In this document: piece after piece, positions 58,486 through 64,000 of the stretch | How the letters are laid out: every line of letters begins with the position of its first letter | Numbering within the stretch: the first letter of the stretch is position 1 | Source: Escherichia phage CJ20 | Direction: 5' to 3' (one strand) | Sequence record: MT533174.1 | Length of the DNA: 64,000 nucleotides | The notes under the pieces: generated by a model | Told to the model about the DNA's origin: nothing | The model's input: the letters and a program-made list of their open reading frames with translations, nothing else | Databases searched by the model: none | Made by a program: the position numbers and the translations under genes

Positions 58486-59766
58486 TTACGCCTCATAAAT
58501 GATTGGCGGAAGTTTAACACCGAGCAGATAAGACATATTGCTCTGGCCGGCCATTAAATCCATATTAGTTGCATCGATAATACGAGCTTCTTTGTCGTCT
58601 TTAGCAACGGTGTAAGGGTTAGCTGAAAGTGCATATCGAACCATCAGGGAGATAGATGGCTGCAAACTGTCTGGGTCCACAATGACCTTAAACGCACCTA
58701 CGTGTTCTTCATCATCTAAGTCCAGGCCTTCGGTATAAGGAGCATAGAAGATTGAGCCTACGACTTCGTTTCCACCGTAATTTTCTTTAACGCCAACGGT
58801 TACATAATCCAATGGACTGTTAACATCACAGAATACAGGAAGACCATTAATCAAATAACCGTACGCTGTTTCAGGAAGCCATTGCTCGTCTTCAGGTTTA
58901 TGCTTCAGCCAGCCAGAACCAGCCAACATAGCAGCAACACGGCTAGAGGCAACAACAAAGGTACCGGAATAAGATGTAGTTTTCTGAATTTCGGAGTTCA
59001 TTTCGCAAACCAGTTCGTACAGTTTACGTGCACCTTCTGGAGCTGCATCATATGTTAAATCGATGGTGCCATTGTCAGAAACGCCAGTTACTTTATAACG
59101 CTTGGAAACGGTAATAAGAGACTGAAGAACATCTTTGTTAATTTCATCTGCCATAATAGTGGCAAGCAGGTCTTCCAAGAAAGCAGGAGCGTTAAACCCA
59201 TTTGCTTCCATATCCTGAGCAAGTTCAACAGTTAGTGCAGTTTTCAATTTACGTGTTTTAACCGGAGCATTCCATTTATTAACCTGGAATACAGCATTAC
59301 TAATCTCAACATCACCGGCTTCAAATTTCTCGGTGTGTGCCGCATCAGGAACCAAACGAATGGTTAATGCAATAAGACCTTCTTGCAGAACATCAGATAA
59401 CACTGTTTCTTTGGTCGATGCAAATGGATTATCAACCAGAGCTTTATAAACGGTATTTTGATATTTTACATATTCACCTTTAGCTACAGGCTGAGTGGCT
59501 GTAGTTAATTCTGGAATAGTTGTACGGTCTTTAGAACCGACTTCGCCACCATAAGTAGCACCAGTCTGGAAACTGAATTCATTATCAGGAGTAAGATATT
59601 TAACACCGTACAGAGCCGCAACTGGCTGGTTAGTACGTTGTTCAGCGATAATATCGCGGTAAATCAATTTGGTTGTAGCACGGGTCAAAGCAACAAGATT
59701 CGGGCGGCCCAAGGAGTTGCTGGTAGTGGTAGTTGACTCGCGCAGTAATTTGTTAATCTTTGCCAT
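58486..59766 (-). CDS. 24: head vertex protein gp24 (426 aa)
   Basis: Similarity to gp23 core blocks; size equals T4 gp24 (427 aa); late promoter upstream; position next to gene 23. Confidence 0.8.
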   Translation of the reverse strand: MAKINKLLRESTTTTSNSLGRPNLVALTRATTKLIYRDIIAEQRTNQPVAALYGVKYLTPDNEFSFQTGATYGGEVGSKDRTTIPELTTATQPVAKGEYVKYQNTVYKALVDNPFASTKETVLSDVLQEGLIALTIRLVPDAAHTEKFEAGDVEISNAVFQVNKWNAPVKTRKLKTALTVELAQDMEANGFNAPAFLEDLLATIMADEINKDVLQSLITVSKRYKVTGVSDNGTIDLTYDAAPEGARKLYELVCEMNSEIQKTTSYSGTFVVASSRVAAMLAGSGWLKHKPEDEQWLPETAYGYLINGLPVFCDVNSPLDYVTVGVKENYGGNEVVGSIFYAPYTEGLDLDDEEHVGAFKVIVDPDSLQPSISLMVRYALSANPYTVAKDDKEARIIDATNMDLMAGQSNMSYLLGVKLPPIIYEA

Positions 59767-59792
59767 TTGCGCTTTCCTTTTGTGATATACTT

Positions 59793-59800
59793 TATTTATA
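59793..59800 (-). promoter_or_regulatory. late promoter TATAAATA upstream of gene 24
   Basis: TATAAATA on minus strand about 27 nt upstream of gp24 ATG. Confidence 0.6.
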
Positions 59801-59806
59801 AAAGTT

Positions 59807-59836
59807 GTTTACAACCCGATTAAGATAAGACATAAT
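59807..59836 (+). promoter_or_regulatory. T4-type early promoter (GTTTACA-N17-CATAAT) with conserved leader
   Basis: Cassette shared with promoters at 2974, 21465 and 36641. Confidence 0.6.
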
Positions 59837-59872
59837 GATTTCATACTGAGTTACCAAACAATGGAGTCTAAA

Positions 59873-60154
59873 ATGAACAAAGTATCTTTCCTTCGGAATA
59901 CCTTTAAAAATCTGGAAATTGAAGTTGTTGCATTGGTCAACAAATACCCAAATGGTGTTAATGGTAATGCTCTGAACAAACTAGTTAAAAAATATGAAAA
60001 CTTAGCATATGATACTGATTTTTGGTGGAATGGTAATTATTCTACTCACACCAAAGACAAATCAGGTAACTGGTTGAAACTTCAAGAGAACAGTGTTAAT
60101 TTCAGAGACCTCATCAAGCGCCGGGTAGAAGTTCATTTAAATGGTATGGTATGA
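59873..60154 (+). CDS. hypothetical early protein (93 aa) between late genes 24 and 23
   Basis: GGAG RBS + ATG after early promoter; opposite strand to flanking late genes. Confidence 0.45.
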   Translation: MNKVSFLRNTFKNLEIEVVALVNKYPNGVNGNALNKLVKKYENLAYDTDFWWNGNYSTHTKDKSGNWLKLQENSVNFRDLIKRRVEVHLNGMV

Positions 60155-60162
60155 AAACAAGA

Positions 60163-60187
60163 AAGGGACCTCAAGGGTCCCTTTTTA
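60163..60187. terminator. rho-independent terminator (GGGACC...GGUCCC + U-run)
   Basis: Hairpin between convergent ORF 59873-60154 (+) and gene 23 (-). Confidence 0.65.
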
Positions 60188-60204
60188 TTTAACTTAATCT
60201 AAGA

Positions 60205-61764
60205 TTAAATTCCCTTAACATATACACGTCTAAAGTAACCGTTCAAGCCGAGGCTGTTAACGATGTCCGGCATACCGTTTTGAATACGCTTGGTCGGAGC
60301 CTGAGCTGCCGGGTCAGCGAACGGGTTAATACCGATACCGTAACGGGTTTTGAAGCCCATAACCGGCTGGAAGTTTTTCGGGTCAGAGCCACGCAGCGGG
60401 GTCAGTGCAACATATGGTGCGTAGTAGATACCAGCATCCATTTCGTTAGCGCCTTTGTAACCGATGGTGAAGTAATCTGCGCGAGCATACTGGTCGATGT
60501 AGACACGGTATTTGCCACCCAGAACACCAGCGAACACAGCTTTAGTGGTGTCAACGTTGAAACCTTTACCCAGACCCTGAGCAGCATAAGATACGGAGGT
60601 ATCAACTGCAGCCAGTACGTTAACTACGTTACGGGAAGCGATGATGAAGTTACCTGCACCACGACCGGTCTGACGAGCGATTTCAGCGGCTTCTTTATCA
60701 ATCTGGAACAGTAAAGCTTTGAAGCTTTCACCAGCCCAACGAGCACCACGGATATCAATCGGGTCCTGGAAGTCAAACACACCAGCTTTAGCGCCAACGG
60801 TGTTGGTCATACCAGATTTACCAACCTGAGCGGAGTAGTTAATCCAATCGATAACTTCACGGTTGATTTCCAGCATAATTTCGGTAGCCAGAATACCACT
60901 CAATTCGGCATCAGCATCCATACCATGAACAGCGCGCAGGTCCTGTGCCAGTTCGATGGAGTAGCTTGCTTTCAGCTGACGGGATTTAGCTTCGATAACT
61001 TGTTTATCGATACGGAAGCCCATTTCGTTCCACGGGTTATCAGTAGAACCGTTAAAGCCTTCCTGCAATTCGGCGATAGAAGTAGCCATACCTTCAGCGA
61101 TTTCTGCCAACTTACCAGCTTCGAGCAGTTTGGTAACTTCAGCGTCAAGTTTAGCAGCATCAGTAGCACCAGCATCAACGGTTACAGCTTCAACAGCCTG
61201 GTAGTGTGCAGAACCGGTTGCTTCGAAGAAGTGAGAATAAATTTTACCAACAGTAAGCAGTTTGCCTGCAGCCAGTGCTTCGAAAGTTTTAGCAGCGCCC
61301 TGACCAGAGAACATAGCGTTCGGAGCATACATCGGGTGGAAAGCTTCTTTAGCACCAGATGCAACAGGGTCTTTACCGTAAACTGCACGCAGGGCAAATA
61401 CCTGGCCAGTTGGGTTGTTCAGAGGCTGTACGCCACAAATATCAAACGCAATCAGATGCGGGATAGCACGACGAACCATACCCATAACTGCCGGCCCAAT
61501 CTGAGTTACTGCACCAGAGGTCTGGCCAGCAGCGATATTGGTAGCATCATAACCATGGTCACCACCGATTTCAGCTTCAGTCAGGAAAGAACCAAATGCT
61601 TCGGAGATTTTTTCGTCACGGTATTCAGGAGCGGTCAGGATATCTTGTTCCTGGTTTTCAAAGATTTTAGCGATGATAGCTTGTTTAGAAGCACCAACGA
61701 TTTCAGGAAGAGCTTCGTTTTCCAGCAGAGCGGACCATTTTTGAACTAATGCATTCTTTTTCAT
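60205..61764 (-). CDS. 23: major capsid protein gp23 (519 aa)
   Basis: Long near-identical blocks to recalled T4 gp23 (AIIAKIFENQE, GSFLTEAEIGGDHGY, NPWNEMGFRIDKQVIEAKSRQLKA, C-terminal YFRRVYVKGI). Confidence 0.9.
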   Translation of the reverse strand: MKKNALVQKWSALLENEALPEIVGASKQAIIAKIFENQEQDILTAPEYRDEKISEAFGSFLTEAEIGGDHGYDATNIAAGQTSGAVTQIGPAVMGMVRRAIPHLIAFDICGVQPLNNPTGQVFALRAVYGKDPVASGAKEAFHPMYAPNAMFSGQGAAKTFEALAAGKLLTVGKIYSHFFEATGSAHYQAVEAVTVDAGATDAAKLDAEVTKLLEAGKLAEIAEGMATSIAELQEGFNGSTDNPWNEMGFRIDKQVIEAKSRQLKASYSIELAQDLRAVHGMDADAELSGILATEIMLEINREVIDWINYSAQVGKSGMTNTVGAKAGVFDFQDPIDIRGARWAGESFKALLFQIDKEAAEIARQTGRGAGNFIIASRNVVNVLAAVDTSVSYAAQGLGKGFNVDTTKAVFAGVLGGKYRVYIDQYARADYFTIGYKGANEMDAGIYYAPYVALTPLRGSDPKNFQPVMGFKTRYGIGINPFADPAAQAPTKRIQNGMPDIVNSLGLNGYFRRVYVKGI

Positions 61765-61785
61765 GTGTTGTATAACCTTATTAAA

Positions 61786-62604
61786 TTAAGAAATTCGTGA
61801 TGCTGCGAGAGCAGACAAGTCCGCGAAGGACAGGGTAGGCTTGGCGCCTTTTTCTTCAACTGCTTCTGAGATGTAATTCAGTGCCGCAGCATCGTCTACA
61901 GAATTATTTATAGCTGCTTCGGTGATAGGTTTTTCGGCGGTGTCTACCTGACCTTTAACCATTTCAACGATAGCGCCAATTTTGGTACCGAACGCATCGG
62001 AATAATCCATACCTTCTACCAGAGAACCAACTTTTTCTTTCTGAGATTCGGTCAGGTCTTTGGTCGCTTCAGTCAACGCAACTTCACGTTGGACATAATT
62101 GATATAAGCATCACGCTTAGCAACTTCTTCGAACAGATTAGCGGTTTCTTCTTTCTGTTCAGCCAGTTCTTCCTGCATTTCTGCAACAACATCAACAGAT
62201 TCTTCTGGAACAACAACGTTGTGCTCAACGAACAGTTCTTTCATGCCAGTAAACATGGATTCGAACAGGTCAGCTTTAATGCCACGGTCGACAGCCAGTT
62301 TGTTTTCAGCAAGCCATTCTTTAGCAACGTGGTCCAGGAATTTAGCTGCAGATTCTTTCAGTTTTTTCTCTGCTTTTTCGTCGGATTCTTCTTTATTCTT
62401 TTCGACTTCTTCTTCAGCTTTTTCAGCAATTTTCTGAATGTGAGATTCTGCCAGTTTGATGGCGTGTTGCTTGACGGTAGCTTCGAATACAGTGCCGAAG
62501 GTAGCTTTCGCTTCCGGGGACAAATTAACTGATTCGAAAATACTATCGAGAGCAACGGAAGCATCGATGTTTTGAGCTTCAGAAATGAGTTGTTCTTTAA
62601 GCAT
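61786..62604 (-). CDS. 22: prohead core scaffold protein gp22 (272 aa)
   Basis: Acidic coiled-coil-rich protein of T4 gp22 size, between 21 and 23; late promoter upstream. Confidence 0.75.
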   Translation of the reverse strand: MLKEQLISEAQNIDASVALDSIFESVNLSPEAKATFGTVFEATVKQHAIKLAESHIQKIAEKAEEEVEKNKEESDEKAEKKLKESAAKFLDHVAKEWLAENKLAVDRGIKADLFESMFTGMKELFVEHNVVVPEESVDVVAEMQEELAEQKEETANLFEEVAKRDAYINYVQREVALTEATKDLTESQKEKVGSLVEGMDYSDAFGTKIGAIVEMVKGQVDTAEKPITEAAINNSVDDAAALNYISEAVEEKGAKPTLSFADLSALAASRIS

Positions 62605-62633
62605 TTTGTAGTCCTGTTGTTAAGATATACATT

Positions 62634-62641
62634 TATTTATA
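62634..62641 (-). promoter_or_regulatory. late promoter TATAAATA upstream of gene 22
   Basis: TATAAATA on minus strand about 30 nt upstream of gp22 ATG. Confidence 0.55.
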
Positions 62642-63275
62642 ACGTCTTTAAAGCCTCTGCGAGAGCCATAAAGGCGTCATCGGCACTGGTATCGGCTTCC
62701 GCCGTTTGTGATTCTGTAATCTGCTTTGGTTTGACCCAAGCGTCCGGAGCACTTGGCCCCCATACTGCGTCTACTCCAACCGTCAATTTAAAACCTTCAT
62801 TAACGATGCTATAACCTTTTGCTGATTTAGTCAGGGAACCAAGTCCACGACTAGATACGCCAGGAATCCAACCTGCTCTTATATTCGCAGCAAGTTTATC
62901 ACCTGGACCATGGTCGCCTTCGATAATACGCGCGCGGCCATATACATCATTCCCTTTCCACCACATTTCCTCGATAATAATTGCTGCCTGCATAGGGTCA
63001 ACGTTTGCGCGAGGTGGATGGTTTAATTCTCCAAGAGACTGCTTGGTTTCAACCTGTTCGGCGATATAGTCCGCAACGGCTTTTTCCAAAATATGTTTAG
63101 GATAAAGTCGTTTATTACGGTTAACAACTTCAGCTTGTAGGAAAATACCTTCAATATAAAGTCCTGGCTTTAAACCGCTGCTGGAACCATCATGAGATTC
63201 CAACATCGGTACACCATCTTTAATTTCGCCCGGTTGACCCCAGTGTTCGATTAGTAACTCTGGTTTCTGTTCCAT
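62637..63275 (-). CDS. 21: prohead protease gp21 (212 aa)
   Basis: Same length as T4 gp21; position between 68 and 22. Confidence 0.75.
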   Translation of the reverse strand: MEQKPELLIEHWGQPGEIKDGVPMLESHDGSSSGLKPGLYIEGIFLQAEVVNRNKRLYPKHILEKAVADYIAEQVETKQSLGELNHPPRANVDPMQAAIIIEEMWWKGNDVYGRARIIEGDHGPGDKLAANIRAGWIPGVSSRGLGSLTKSAKGYSIVNEGFKLTVGVDAVWGPSAPDAWVKPKQITESQTAEADTSADDAFMALAEALKTL

Positions 63276-63703
63276 TAATCAAGTCCGAATGCTTTACGCT
63301 TAGCTCGAGCTTTTTTGCGCTTGCGCTCTGCTCTGATTTGCGTAGATGGGTTTGCTCTTTTCGTTTTAGTAGCCAGACGGGCAATTTGACGACGTTTAGC
63401 TTTAGAAAGACCAGTTGTTTGGAAAGCATTACGCTTACGAGTAGCTCGGTCTTTTGTGCGGGTTAACTCACCGCGAGACGATACATGTTTAACGATAAAT
63501 TCGTTAAGCTGAACACCTTCATTCAGAGCGCCGATAACCGTTGCTTTTTCGTATTCACCGGCTGCAAACATGTTTTCTACAATAATATTTATATCGTCTT
63601 TTTCTAAGGCTTCAGATAATGAATCAAATTGTCCCTGAGCTTCTTCGGAAACACTTTCGATGTTTTCAAGAGTTAATTCGTAATCATCAGGGATAATAAA
63701 CAT
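63275..63703 (-). CDS. 68: prohead core protein gp68 (142 aa)
   Basis: Size and position as T4 gp68; basic C-terminal half. Confidence 0.6.
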   Translation of the reverse strand: MFIIPDDYELTLENIESVSEEAQGQFDSLSEALEKDDINIIVENMFAAGEYEKATVIGALNEGVQLNEFIVKHVSSRGELTRTKDRATRKRNAFQTTGLSKAKRRQIARLATKTKRANPSTQIRAERKRKKARAKRKAFGLD

Positions 63704-63963
63704 TATTCATCGTCCTCATCATCATCATCGTCGCCTTCGTCAGCGTCATCAGATTCTTTTTTGTCTTTCTTTTCTGCTTTACCGTCGTCCTTGCCTTCAT
63801 CTTCATCTTCTTTAGGCTCTTCGCCTTCAATCATGATGGAACGTGCAATTTCAATCTTACGTTCTTCAATCAAACTACCGCATACTGGGCCAATGTTTTC
63901 AGCAAAATATTTGCGAACGGCTACGAGGTCGTTTGATTTAATGGCTTCAAATAAATCATCCAT
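63703..63963 (-). CDS. 67: prohead core protein gp67 (86 aa) with poly-acidic C-terminus
   Basis: Size and position as T4 gp67; Asp/Glu-rich tail. Confidence 0.6.
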   Translation of the reverse strand: MDDLFEAIKSNDLVAVRKYFAENIGPVCGSLIEERKIEIARSIMIEGEEPKEDEDEGKDDGKAEKKDKKESDDADEGDDDDDEDDE

Positions 63964-64000
63964 TAGAAATCCTCTTCTTCTTCTTCAGGGTTTTGGAAAC
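63963..64000 (-). CDS. 20: portal vertex protein gp20, 3' fragment (continues beyond window)
   Basis: Open minus-strand frame ending ...EEEEEDF-stop with TAATG overlap onto gene 67; identity inferred from T4 order 20-67-68-21. Confidence 0.4.
   Translation of the reverse strand, partial: FQNPEEEEEDF

Noticed and set aside
60925-61749. 274 aa plus-strand ORF
   Set aside because: Antisense to the major capsid gene 23.

Overview
This 64 kb window is a T4-like (Tevenvirinae) myophage segment, read in the opposite orientation to the conventional T4 map. All calls rest on reading the translations, motifs and gene order against recalled T4 biology; no database search or alignment was run. Plus strand carries early/middle genes: ndd-stp-ac-52-motA-asiA, then rnh-dsbA-33-59-32-frd-td-nrdA-nrdB-denA-rnlA-spanins-pseT-cd-31-rIII-30-alt, plus 26-25-uvsY, inh-hoc and rnlB. 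Minus strand carries late genes: holin t, long tail fibre genes 34-35-36-37-38, baseplate hub genes 54-48-29-28-27-51, uvsW, two tandem gp24 paralogues, 23, 22, 21, 68, 67 and the 3' end of 20. The gp38 is the T2-type glycine-rich adhesin and gp37 ends in an apparent self-cleaving chaperone domain. td and nrdB are uninterrupted (no introns, no homing endonucleases). The window is dense with conserved early-promoter cassettes, MotA-box middle promoters, TATAAATA late promoters and UUCG-loop terminators. I found no RT, Cas, integrase, CRISPR array or tRNA, and no self-evident complete novel multi-gene system. The best candidates for undescribed biology are: the duplicated gp24 vertex genes; a NADAR-like plus HAD-hydrolase pair upstream of DNA ligase; an ORF-free GC-rich 300 bp region with a perfect 20 bp palindrome after rIII; several paralogous small-ORF families in the early regions; and recurrent promoter-embedded palindromes.
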